In this document: positions 50,381 through 62,600 of the stretch, piece after piece
How positions within the stretch are numbered: the stretch's first letter is position 1
How the letters are laid out: the number at the start of each line of letters is the position of its first letter
DNA from: Rhina ancylostomus
Lineage: Eukaryota
Direction: 5' to 3'
NCBI GenBank assembly: GCA_030265395.1
Contig: JARFYF010000050.1
Coordinates: 29,913,632 to 29,977,631, forward strand
Length of the DNA: 64,000 nucleotides
Notes under the pieces: model-generated
Told to the model about the DNA's origin: nothing
Databases searched by the model: none
Seen by the model: only the letters and a program-made list of their open reading frames with translations
Made by a program: the position numbers and the translations under genes

Positions 50381-53300
50381 TACATGCAAGGTCAGTGCAG
50401 ATATACCTCAATTTATGAACATTTGATTTATAACTTTCTTGCTATAACACAATTGCCTCTTTAGCATGTGTGTTATCTATTTATAAATCTATTTTCATTC
50501 AAATGAAAAGCACACAACTCTCCACCCATAAGAATACGCTGCACCAAAATACCTGTTGTGCATTTCATTTAGCCTCTTCAATTGAAGATATTTCACTTAA
50601 CAAAATATTTTTTCAGGAACACATCCCTTTCCCAAATCAAGGAATGGCCTTTGTACCTTTCATCTCTGCTGAACCCTAACTCTAGAGATGAAAGGGAGGT
50701 GGAAAAGATAACACAATCCTCCCAAAGCCACTGACACACACTTTGCCTTTGGTAGTCATTAGTTTGGTATTTCATATGGACTTAAACATAAAAATAAGAA
50801 GAGGAATATTATGAATGATAGAATGGAAATATCAAGATAATTTTTTAGCTAATTGAGTATACTAAAATCCAGACAGTTGGCTTTTCAGAGGATCATGACT
50901 GAGTTTAATAGGTTTTAACCACAACTGTTATTGCTCATATAAATCTCAACAGTGATATTACAGGAATAAGCATATGGCCTTTACCCTTGCTAGCAAAGTC
51001 ATTGCCAAATTATGCTTTGTGTCAATTACTTCAAAAAGAAGTTTTGTACATAAAAAATTAATAGATAAATTTGCACAGAGCAGGAATGTTCTTTTAAAAA
51101 CTTAGAAGGTTTAGGGATTTTTCTTGGTGAATATTCTGAAAAAAATGTGGGTTTCATATCCAATAACATCAATTAAAATGCTTGCTATGGAACTAAATAT
51201 TGACTAGAGCATACACCACCCTGGTTGACTTTGTGAAGCTCTTTTCTAAAGTTTTTTTTTCCCTTTCTGGCAAACATGTTACAATATTAACAGTAAATTC
51301 ACACCAGTGGCAGCAGCAGCAGCAGTTTGTAATTTGTAGACACTTTTCAGCTGGGTGAGCAAGTTGCTCACTTTTACCCGGCATGCAACTGCTGGGCAGA
51401 TATATTCACAGCCGACAACTGGTGGAACTATATTTATCAGCTTAATTTGATCAGTTGTGCATAAATCATCTGGTCAGATTGCAGTGAATGATTGAGATGC
51501 TTCAAAAGTTCATGCTCTAGTGTAACCAGCAGTCTTCCTTCAATTAGTTTTTTTTTAATGTCATTTTCCAAAGCTTTAACACGCATCATTCAGCCTTCTG
51601 GTTTAAAGTGCAGCCGGCGCCTGCAAGGAAATATTTTATACAGGTTTCGACATGTATGCCACAAGCTTTATTTACAGGATCACGGCACTGAAGGGTGTGC
51701 TGGGAGTGATCTCGTTGTCTACACGGTCTTACCCTGCACATTCATTTTGAATTCTGAAGGGATCATTGAGAAGTATGGGGACAGTCAGTGGGACTTGAGC
51801 TTTCCACCAACATGGATGCAGTCAGATACTCGTGGGGCTTTGATCCTTTCAGAAATTAAGCATGGTTGACGTTTCAGAAAAGCGAGTCAACCTGTCAGGG
51901 ATCTTACCTTACAGAATATGCAGAGACCAGGATGGCAGCTGTCACTTTCACTCTCATATCATCTCACAGAGACTAAAAGGAGGTTTGAATATGTTATTAC
52001 TTCTTTTTAAAATATAGCTTCTTCCTATAATTTAAACTCAAATGAACTTGTTGTTGCCCTTTTAAGCTGTTGTTAGATTGTTGATAAATGTATATTTTAG
52101 GCATTCATCTCCAAACCTATTATGGCTTCTATTATTGGATGTTGGTTGTTTAGTAACAAATAGGAACTAGACTTATGGTTCCTTTGAAATGATTCTGTAG
52201 GTCTGTTCATATAAAACTTGGAGTTTCTGGAAAAATTTTGTACCGATCCTCAAACTTATAACAAATTCTGCACTCAATGGACACTATTAACCAATTAACT
52301 TTTCAATGACTGGATAGTATCAACTTTTTTATTAAATACATACACAGCATTTATTTCAGATGCAGTTCATGCCTGGGCATGAGCATATTTGAATGCCAAG
52401 AGAAAGGTAAATAAGTACAGAACGTGTGTTTAGGGGAGTTTAATATTGTTATACAGATGCTGCACAGCATGACCAGGAGTTTTCTTTGTGTCACTATTTG
52501 ACCCCTTGGTACTCTTTTCTTTCTGTCTGACTTGCATTATGTGCTGGGACCACACACTGCTAGGATTCTGTTTAAATGATGTGTTCATAACTGTGCATCC
52601 TGTTTTTAATGATATATTTGTGACTGTGTGCTTTTTGTTTGTCTTCAAAACAAGAGCACAGTTCTTCAGGTTTGTGTGCAGCTGTGGTCTACACTGGTGG
52701 TTGGTTCTTTACTACTTAAATGGTTCATTTTCAGGCTGGGGTTTGAACATTAGAATAACCAGGAAGATCCTCAAGGCTGATCATCTGTAATTTAGTTTAC
52801 TATCTTTTTTTGACATAGAGTGGACTTGCAGATCTGGCCTTTGAACATGATCTGTAATTTGAGTGTTTTGTTAATTTCTGTCTAGCCCACTAGAGGGAGT
52901 ATCATTCTGTTGCAAAGTCACGACCACTCTGTGAAAGATTAAAGCTTACAACTGTGTCACGTCTTATCACATTTCCCAGTAGATCCAAAGAACTTTATGA
53001 AGGAAGAATTATTTTGAAATGTAGCCACTTTTCTAAAGCTGGCAAAGAACAGTGCGATGAATGATATCATTGGTTGAGGGAGAAATCTTGGCTAAGATAT
53101 CAGAAGAGTTCCCTGTTATTCAATAAATAGTGTTGTTGGACCTAGAAATCCATAGCTCTATTATAGTTCTGTAATTCATAAGCAGTGCTGCAATTTAATG
53201 TTTCATCCAAAAGAATAACACAGCACTTCATCAGCACAGCACTTTCATTCCAGGTTTTGTTTTTAACATATTGTTGCAATAGAAATATTTTCATTATCCC

Positions 53301-54546
53301 AAGAAAAGAAACTGTCTCGAGTCAATTTCACAGATACTGTGTGTTTGCCAACTGTATTTTCTACAGAATGTGAAAACAGCAGACAGACATACATCGAACC
53401 TAAAACCTGTGGTTGCATTCCTAAACCACAGAGATATCCAGACCCCAAGAAGCCCCTTGCTGAATAAATGCAGCTGCACAGAAAATGCCTACTGTAGCTT
53501 TTGCTAACATTCACATTGGCCTGCAGGCAATATATTTCAGTCATGACGCATCCTATAAGAAGTACAGACATTACTGTACCTCACTGACCAAGAGGGTGAT
53601 TTTCAGACCAGCACCGGTAGTAATTGTGCCATGTTTCTGCTTCCAAAAGGTCAAGCAAATCAGTACTAAAAATTTCTACCCGTTATTAAGTGGTAGGAAT
53701 CCCAGGTGTTTAGCGCTTTTGTACATGTTTCGATGCCGGTGTCAAAACACAAGTTACAATAGGTCAAACATGGGCAGCATCAGGAACATTATTTCTCAAT
53801 TTTCAAATTGCCTATCAACAGCAAAATAAGTGTGGGAGGAATGGGTCGAAGTTGACTGGTTACAGTGTAGCCTGAGACATTGATAGAGAAAGACCGGATG
53901 GAGTTAGTAACTGGTTTGCTCCATTCCAAATACATTTTCTTTTAGCCAATTCCAGCCCATATACAACTGAGAAAACTAAACTCTGGCAAGTGGTCAAAGC
54001 AATAACTCAGCTTGGGGTTGAGGTGACAATTAAACTTTGTCATAACAAAGTGAAGAACAAACAACGTATTTATATTACGAAAGCCCATGTTGTATAACCA
54101 ACTTGCTAACACATTCTAATACAGGGCTTCACCCTATGTCAGTTATTCAAAGATACACAGCGATGTGCATAATATGTTTTCTACAGGCCAGCCATCTAAA
54201 CATGAGGTTTTAGTCAAAGGAATTGGTATAATGATAACATTCTGGCAGAACACACTGTTGCTTTTCTAAAGTACAGCAAATGTGAATTAAAATCTTGAAG
54301 GATGAACATATTTCTGGGAAGTCACCAGCACCATTGGGGGAAGGGACTTTAATGATAGATTTAGCAGTTGTTGATCGGCATTTTACGCACCTGCTGGAGT
54401 TTCAGGACGTTAACCTGACTGACACGGAGTTTGTACTATGACCAGCGTATCGGAGTTCTGAAGAACTTCTGAAGTCACAATTTAAGGTACAAGATGGACT
54501 TCAAGGGCTCGGTGACTGATCTCTGAAAATTCTGTTTTTGTCACAG

Positions 54547-54612
54547 TTCTCCAGCTCCGTCTCCAGCAGCGACGCACTCGCGAACAGCTTGCAGACCAAG
54601 GCATCATGCCAC
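54547..54612 (+). CDS. MYOCD: Myocardin coding exon 2, RPEL motif 1 ((V)LQLRLQQRRTREQLADQGIMP(P))
   Basis: Acceptor ttctgtttttgtcacag|, 66-nt exon, donor CAC|gtaagt. Phase 1 joins exon 1 in frame. The peptide is the first RPEL repeat of the myocardin/MRTF family. Confidence 0.97.
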
Positions 54613-54897
54613 GTAAGTACATCAACTCTCTTTCCTCTTTTCATGGTTTCAAAATAACATTGGTGTACTTAATTCTAATATCTAACAGGAAACAACTGTC
54701 TGCCATCGGTTACACTGCAAGTAGACAGGCACAGAGCAACCTCTGTGAACTCATTGCAAAATAGATGTAACTGGTGAATCAAAATTAACATTCTTCGGCT
54801 GCTTTAAGTCCCATCAGCTGTACTTCTGCAGAAAATATTTACTAAATCAGATTAACTGTTTTGAGGGAAGGAAAGTAAATTCCATTTCAAAATTAAT

Positions 54898-54922
54898 GAG
54901 AGACAGACAGACAGACAGACAG

Positions 54923-54972
<50 letters not shown>
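54898..54972. repeat. Compound microsatellite (GACA)n(CA)n
   Basis: Seen directly. Confidence 0.97.
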
Positions 54973-54975
<3 letters not shown>

Positions 54976-55329
54976 ATTTGTATGGTACACAGGAGAGATC
55001 TGTTTAATAGCGATATCTTACCCAACATCATCTTGTATACATGCCAGCTGATTACAGTGTTTTTATTTTCGTGGATGTGGATTTTTTTCTCCAAATTCTC
55101 GTAGCCGAGGCCCAATCCCTGCATGTCAGCTGAAGAAGCCAGAACTCCTGATAAATTAGGGTCCATCTGGCAGGCAGCAGCTACTTGAGATTCTCAGCAG
55201 ACGAAGGATTAATTAGGCAGGCTGTTATACTTTGGAACCACAGCATTTTAGGACCACTGTATTTCCCATTTGAAGTGCATGCAGGCTACTCATCATCTGG
55301 AGCTCACAAGTTCAGTTACCATCATTGTG

Positions 55330-55990
55330 CAGGGATGCCTTAACAGAGTAGATACATTAATGGACTGGCTGATACAAAGACAGAGGTTTGAATCCCGCCA
55401 TGGCAGCTGGTAAATTTACAATCAAAATAATCAAGTGCATTTAATTTTTTTCATTTGAAAGTTACTGTTTGGTAATATTAATCACATAATGACTGGATTG
55501 TCATAACAATTCATCTGGTTCGTTAATGTTCTTCGGGGAAGGAAAATTGCCATCCCGTACCCATTCTGGCCTACATGTGACTCAAGAATCATCAGTGTGG
55601 TTAATTGTTAAATGCCCTTTAAAGGGGCACAGCAAAGCGCTTCAAGTTCAAGGGCAATTAAGGATGGACAACAGATTCTGCTTTTGCCAATGATAAACAC
55701 ATCTCACAAACAAACTAAATAACAGCAAGTTGAAAATTTGATTTCACTTCAAAACATCAAAAAAATTAAAAAGCTATCATCAGTAAACAATGAGCAAGAG
55801 ACTGCTTGTTCAAAAACCTAATTGCTTCACAAAGGAAACTTAACATTCTTGTCCATCTTGGTCTAAGTGTGACTCTGGTTATACACTAATCTCGATAAAT
55901 CTCAATAATCCCCTGTAGTTGCCAATCATTGATGGCTCAGGGCAACCAGGCTTGGGCAGTAAATGCCAGAATTTTCAGTAGCTCCACATC
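55330..55990 (+). mobile_element. tRNA-derived SINE plus second partial copy with LINE-derived tail
   Basis: B box ggtttgaatccc at ~55385. The body gaaggaaa..gccatcc..ctggcctacatgtgactc and tail agggcaattaaggatgg recur in decayed form at 55790-55990. Confidence 0.7.
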
Positions 55991-56089
55991 CATAGAAGAA
56001 GTTACAGAAGTTATTAAAATATTTTAATTGTGCTTAAGTGATCTTTAACATTTTACACTTTGTTGTTTAAGACACATAGTTAAGACATA

Positions 56090-56250
56090 GTTAGATAGAT
56101 TTTTGCATAATAGAGGAATTAAGGGTTATGGGGAAAAGGCAGGTAGGTGAATCTGAGTCCACGGCCAGATCAGCCATGATCTTATTGAATGGCGAGCAGG
56201 TTCGATGAGCCAGATGGCCTCCTCCTGCTCCTATTTCTTATGTTCTTATA
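56090..56250 (+). mobile_element. CR1 3'UTR (well preserved)
   Basis: gatcagccatgatcttattgaatggcgagcaggttcg...cctcctgctcctatttcttatgttctta. Confidence 0.88.
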
Positions 56251-56929
56251 AAAATGTATATACTCATTGGTGTTCTTGTATGTGTGGATTTTTATTACCA
56301 GGCTACACAGGTATCCTGTGCATTGTTCACACCCTCATAGACAGCCCCAGAACAGACAAAACATTTGCCATTGCTATTTTGCTGCTAAGGTGGAGTTATG
56401 TTTGACCTTACCTGCACATTCAGGTACACACTTGAAATCATCAAAGGCANNNNNNNNNNNNNNNNNNNNNNNNNNNNNNNNNNNNNNNNNNNNNNNNNNN
56501 NNNNNNNNNNNNNNNNNNNNNNNNNNNNNNNNNNNNNNNNNNNNNNNNNNNNNNNNNNNNNNNNNNNNNNNNNNNNNNNNNNNNNNNNNNNNNNNNNGAG
56601 AGGAGGCAGTGTATATTTCTTGTGGGAGGATTTGAAAGGCTGAGTCCAAGACCTCTCCACAGAATGGAAGAATTGTTTGATTCCCGAAGAAAAATTGTAC
56701 TTAATGTCTTCATTCACAGTACATCAGCATTAAAGCACCATTTATGTAACAAGTTTACCTCTCAGTAGTGTGCAGGTGTTCCAGATATATCTTATCCTCC
56801 CAGCACTCTAATACCTCCCTCTCTCTGCCTAGGCTGGTAAAGCCATCTGAGATGCCAAACTCCTGTAGGCTGAGCAGCTACCTCTCATTGACATTCACCT
56901 CTGCACTTCTGACACAACTTCTCACAGAG

Positions 56930-57272
56930 TTACAGAGAGAGGTAGCATGGAAATGGGCCCTTTGACCTAATAAGTCCACCCATTTACACTAATCGACCAT
57001 CCATTTACACTAATCCCATTCTTTATTCTCCCTACACTCTCATCAACTCTCCCCAGATTCTACTACTCACTGACACATCAGGATCAATTTTACAATGGCC
57101 AATTAACCTACCAACCTCCATGTCTTTGGGATGTGGGAGGAAACCGGAGCACCCAGAGGAAACCCATTGTTGTCACGGGGAGAGTATACAAACATCACAC
57201 GGGTCAGGATTGAACCTGGGCATCTGGCACTAGTGAGGTAGCAGCTCTATTAGCTGCATCACTATGCTGCCC
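56930..57272 (-). mobile_element. V-SINE (HE1-like)
   Basis: tgtctttgggatgtgggaggaaaccggagcacccagaggaaaccca; reverse tRNA head at 57200-57272. Confidence 0.88.
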
Positions 57273-58859
57273 TCAGCATATCCTCATATTATATGATATC
57301 AGATAATTACGTTCCCTGTATATCACTCCTTTTCTAGTGTTGCTGGGGAAATCTGCTCATGTTGTCCCAGGAGCATAGGTCATTGAGCACTCCCATTCCA
57401 TGCCGTCAACACCCAGTGATCTAACCTCCCAACCCTCCAGCTGGCTCAAGCTGAGACTCCCTGATTAGCACCAGGTCATTACCTCACACTTGGAATGAAT
57501 CACTGATCCCCCAACCTGCTATTCTCTGATTCTTCTGCATCTACCTGCCCCTCTCCAACCCACAAAGTGACAACCGTCCTGCCCCCAGGTCTTCTTCAGG
57601 ATATGATCTACCCTCGCCCTGGTCTTAGACGCCATGCACTGAGGAAGACCTGTGGCTGTCATTAGTGTTTAAGTCTTTGGCATTACTGAAATTCACAATG
57701 CATGACTGATATAGCCCTATAGCCATATCAATTCTCAGAAAGCTTCTATCGGTCAACTTCCAGCTTCTTTTCAGACCACTTGAAGAAGCAAATGCAGATA
57801 TATTGGTTAGACCATGACTTCCTTTTGCTCTGAATCATACTGATAAATGCTAAACATCCTTTACATTGTACGCATTCAGCTTATGGTATACAGGCAATTA
57901 CTGACATGTTGCCTTCTTTCAGTTGTCTAAGTTATGGTCATCATAAGAATGGCCATTCCAAGGTCCAGTTTGGAGAGTGTATCATATGTGGCTTATGTAG
58001 TATAGGGTTATGTGGCTTATTTGGTATTTAAGCATTTTAGCATGTGACCAACTGCTCTCTGCATGTTGCTTCACATGGTTCATTGTAGAACTGGGCTAAA
58101 AGTAATCCACAGCAAAAATGTCCCTCACTGTAAGTATTCATTTTGCTTTGCTGCTAATTTGAATCAGCAAATATTTTCAAGCATCTTAAAGAGACCCCTA
58201 AATTTTGAACTGTTTTACAGTGTCTATAATTCTGTTGTAAATTTTGCTTTTTTCTACTTTTATCAGGTTAGAAATTTCAAAGTTTGGAATTAATAAGAGA
58301 GAAAATGACAGCTGAACAGTTTCTGTAAAATATCTGTTCAGTTTTTTTTCAACATAGGTTTTTTTATGTACTGGGTCAAAACTAGACACATGGCTGTACC
58401 TTGACCCAATCACAACTCAGCCAGGGCAAGTGTTTTTGGGCCCAATCTTTAACCAGCCACTCAGAATGGTGTTAGGGCTTTCACAATATTGTTGAGTAGG
58501 AAATTGGTCAACCCTGGTAGTGCAGTAATGATGAAAGTACAGTAATCTATTCCCAAGTCCAGATGATGAGTTGAAGTAGAATTTAAAGGTTAGTGATTTA
58601 AATTATACAATTTCTGTGTTCTTTTCTTTAATCTTGGATTTTTCTTTTGATATTGCTTGTATAATTTTGACTGTTTTACAAAAATTACAGGTAGGGTGAT
58701 GGTCATGATACCTTTGCAGCATGTTGAATGCATACTATGGATAATTACTAATATTGTTTATGCAATGTTTCATGAAAAAGTACAAGTAAACCTCTGTGGT
58801 CATTTGTGACATAAAGTCTCTCTTACCTTGAAAATACTGGGTGCCTGCAGGGTGTGTAA

Positions 58860-59270
58860 AACAGCCAAATGTTTAGAAGTTCAATAATGTCTGATGCCCA
58901 ATGCATTGGGTTTTTCTGTAGCAGTTTTACTGAAGATAAGGCTGCAGAGTGAGGGAAGGCAATTATCAGAGGCCTTACCAGGTCTAGGGGATCACAGGCC
59001 TGGGCACTTAAAGGGACAATTGAGCTGCTCAAAATGCCAGGTATACTGAGATCTCAGAAGGTTATAGGTTTGTAGCAGTTCATGGAGACAGGAAGGGGTG
59101 AAGTGTGGAAAGCTTTGAAAAGGAAGGTGTAAATTTAAACTCTGGGCTTTGGCAGACCGAGGACCTGTGTGGGTCAATGAGCAGAAGAATAAGGGGTGAA
59201 CAAGAGACTTCCTGTGGGTTGGGTATAGACCATGGAGTTTTAGATAAGGTGAAGTTTGGGTAGGAAGTTG
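58860..59270 (-). mobile_element. L2-clade LINE fragment
   Basis: Similar to 19440-19740. Reverse peptide FPHFTPSCLHELLQTYNLLRS resembles an L2 ORF2 C-terminus. Confidence 0.6.
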
Positions 59271-59294
59271 GTCACCAGCAGGAGAGTTGCTGGT

Positions 59295-59647
59295 GAGCGG
59301 CACTGTGGTACAGCCAGTAAGTGTTCTGCCTCACAGCTCCTGTGACCAGATTCAATCCTGATCTCTGGTGCTGTCTGTGTGGAGTTTGCACATTCTCTCC
59401 ATGCCCACATTTCCTCCGCTGCTCTGGTTTCCACCCACATCCCAAAGATGTGTGGGGGTGGTAGGTTAATTGGCTGCTGTAAATCGCCCCTGGTGTGTAG
59501 ATGGTTAGTAGAATCTGAGGAGAGTTGATGGGAATGTACAGTGAATAAAGTGGGATTTGTGCAGGATTTGTATAAATAGGTACTTGATAGTGCAAACTCA
59601 ATGGCCTGAAGGGCCTGTTTCCATTGCAATACATTTCTGTGACTCTA
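59295..59647 (+). mobile_element. V-SINE (HE1-like)
   Basis: gctgtctgtgtggagtttgcacattctc...cccacatcccaaaga; tail ggcctgaagggcctgtttcc. Confidence 0.88.
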
Positions 59648-62600
59648 AAAATTCCATTAACTCCATTCATCACGCTCAAACATGCGGAACATTTACAGAA
59701 CGTTCCAAAAACCATAGGCCGCTGGTTCAACTTTTCAATCTGCAAAATTCCCTTGTTAGACACTGGTTAAATTTGCTCTGATCAGAAGTAGCTAACAACA
59801 TTTATCAATGGAAATGTCCATTGAATAACCCTGCAATGGATCATCCCGTAGGGAATATTCTGCACCTTGTGTTGCCATTTATCATATCATCATGAATTAA
59901 TTAAATGAAGACTTGCTGAATATCTTGGTCATTTTCAAAATACAACAATGGACATATTTGTTTCTTTTCATAGCGTTTAGTGTATAACTACTCACAAAGG
60001 ACCACATTTCAGCAGCAAAATTGGATCAGAATTCTTTTCATTTAAAATCCTTAAAATTGGAGCAACATTTTTCCATGGAAAGTGTGACAAGGTGCTGGCT
60101 ATGTACCCGATTCAAAATTCTGAAATGGACTTGAACATTTGAATAATCCTATCCTTTCTGCCTTTTTTTTTGAAACAATGTTTCTGGTCGCATGGCTAAT
60201 AGATTATTATTGGGTATATTACAAAGCGCTGTTCACTTGGAATGCTATTAGAACTGTGGCAGGTACTTTCGGAACAAAATCTTCATTTCCATTCAGACTT
60301 TTTAACATAAGCATGTTGGATGTTATTTTGTTCTCCCCGTGAGCTACATAACGCTTATCCTAAGGCCTGGTAATCCTACGCTGTTACAACTCTTGCTCAT
60401 TATATCAGCAAAAGCTCTTACAGCATTCCACACAAGCCAATTTCAAGATGTGGGAAACGGTTAACACTTGACAGGCTGTGCCAACCCAATTGAATTGAAT
60501 TGCAAAGGTTTGGATAACATTTTCTAAATTGGGTGCTAAAGCTTGTGTCAGTGGCTATATCAACTATTTACTCCTGGAAAATATGTCAAAGGAAGACAGG
60601 ATTAGGCTGGGTTACGATGCTTTATTGTGGTCTGCTGGTGATCATATAAGCAAGANNNNNNNNNNTGGGATGAAGGGGAAGGAGGACAAGAAACATTGCT
60701 CTGCATCTGGGAAAAGGGATGCATAAAAAAACCAGAAATGTTGCTTTTGTGAAATATACATGCAATATGAAAAGAATTTTTGTGGTTAACATTTCATCAT
60801 ATGAGATTTTGAACAATAATAGGGAAATAGTTTTAGCATCACGACAGTGACAGGGTGGGTTTTAGAAGAAATAGTGAACTGAAATTTCTTTCACAAAGAA
60901 CTTGTACTGTGAGTACCTTAACAATATTTATAATTTTGACTCTGGCATGAATACAAGAATTGAGCTTTTAAACTCATCATTTCAGAGTCTAGTATATATA
61001 GTTTCTGAAAATATATCCAAGGAAATGAATGACCTTGATGCATTCAACATAAATTTCCTCTGCACTGAAATCCAACTGTAGTTCCATTTTATTTAGATCA
61101 TGAGCCAAATGGACCACTCCAAGGCCATTATCTGACCTTTGATGAACTTGCCAGTGTGGAAGGACGGTGTCAAAACCCTCAGCAGGGTGTTGTTTATCTA
61201 AAGAGCTTTACTAATAAAAAGGATGCCTGTGCCTGAACAGAACATGATTTTACATAACACCTATTCCTAATTATACAGCTGCAAAAGAGAGCAGAATATC
61301 ATTTGAAAGTCAAATGACAAGTGACATTGTTAAGTACCAAATATACTTTGTGAATAGAATGCATCCAAATCTGACACTTACTGAATGACTTTCAACGTAA
61401 AACAAGGATGAACATTGGCGGTGCCTGTCATGAACCTGAAGTACCTAATTTGGCATCTTGCAGAGCACATGTGGAACTGTTGCTGATCTGCAAAGTTCTT
61501 TTTGAATTCTAATTGTTCTGCACAAAATCAACTGGTTCCAAATCTGAAATGAAAACAAACATCTTTGGAAAATGTAGTTATTGGATGATCTGTAAGTGAC
61601 ATGGGAACCACCTATGTATGCAGCACCGTATCTTTGAAAGGACTTGTACATATGACCAATAAATACCCATCTGGATCATGAGGAAGTTGATAAGACCCAC
61701 TGCAAACCTGCTGAAAAATTATATTCTATGTTCTACATTTTATTTTCATGTCTATCACTACAAATTGCATCCACAGAGTACTTGATGATTGACATTAAAT
61801 CACTAGAAGGTCTGTTAAAAGTTATTACTGATAAGTTGAAAATTATTTCTAAATTAACAAGGTATCTGATAGCCATCCTTCCCAGATTGAAATGAAATCC
61901 AATATATAACCCATTAACCAATAACCAGGAAATGTATATCCATGACTGAATGCTAAAAATATTAGATTGGAATACAGAAATGAAAGTATACACTTAAGTA
62001 GTCCAACTTACTTTGTTGCCTAAAAATTAGTTTTCATAATACTGTCTGCTTCAGAATTCTACAGTTTGAAAATACACCAAGAAGTGGATTGAAACCTGAT
62101 AGTGCCCAGTTCTTGAGCTTTTCACTAAAATGATGAATGCAGTGCCACCCCTATGAAAGAGCATGCCAATAGCATGAAATTAATTCAGATCAGCAGCTCG
62201 CCCTTTAGAGTGCCCAGAGTTTGTTGGCTTATATTTGGAATTGAGTTGCAACTCTTTCTCCATTTCTTTCATCTTGGCTCCTCTCAAAAGTCTTGGGAAT
62301 ATGATTCCACAGGCCCATTCAATCCGATGCCACCTTCACATGTAAAGCAAATTGGAACAATTTACAATGGAGAGAGCTGTAAATAATAATCTGTTTGTTT
62401 CTATTAAAAACCTGCTGCATGTATACTTTCCTGTACAGCATTCAGGGAAAGCATAGTTATTATCTACCCCAGGAACACTTGAGCAAACTCCACTTCCCAA
62501 GTGAGACCACTACCCCAGCATATATTGTTGCTCACACCTTATATTCTGCACAACTTAATGTCAGATCTGGCCTTCTATCAGCCAACCCATGAGAGAAACT

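Larger units (their letters stand above)
44103..54546 (+). other. MYOCD: MYOCD intron 1 (~10.4 kb, GT-AG)
   Basis: Bounded by the exon 1 donor and exon 2 acceptor. Confidence 0.92.

Noticed and set aside
3868-60665. Runs of N (about 7-445 nt)
   Set aside because: Many sit inside repeats with collinear flanks (e.g. 22872-22981), so they look like masking or assembly artefacts. Content unknown; nothing inferred.
60866-60908. Alternative 43-nt exon 2a candidate (tttag|...|gtgagt)
   Set aside because: Good donor but no polypyrimidine tract at the acceptor and no other support.
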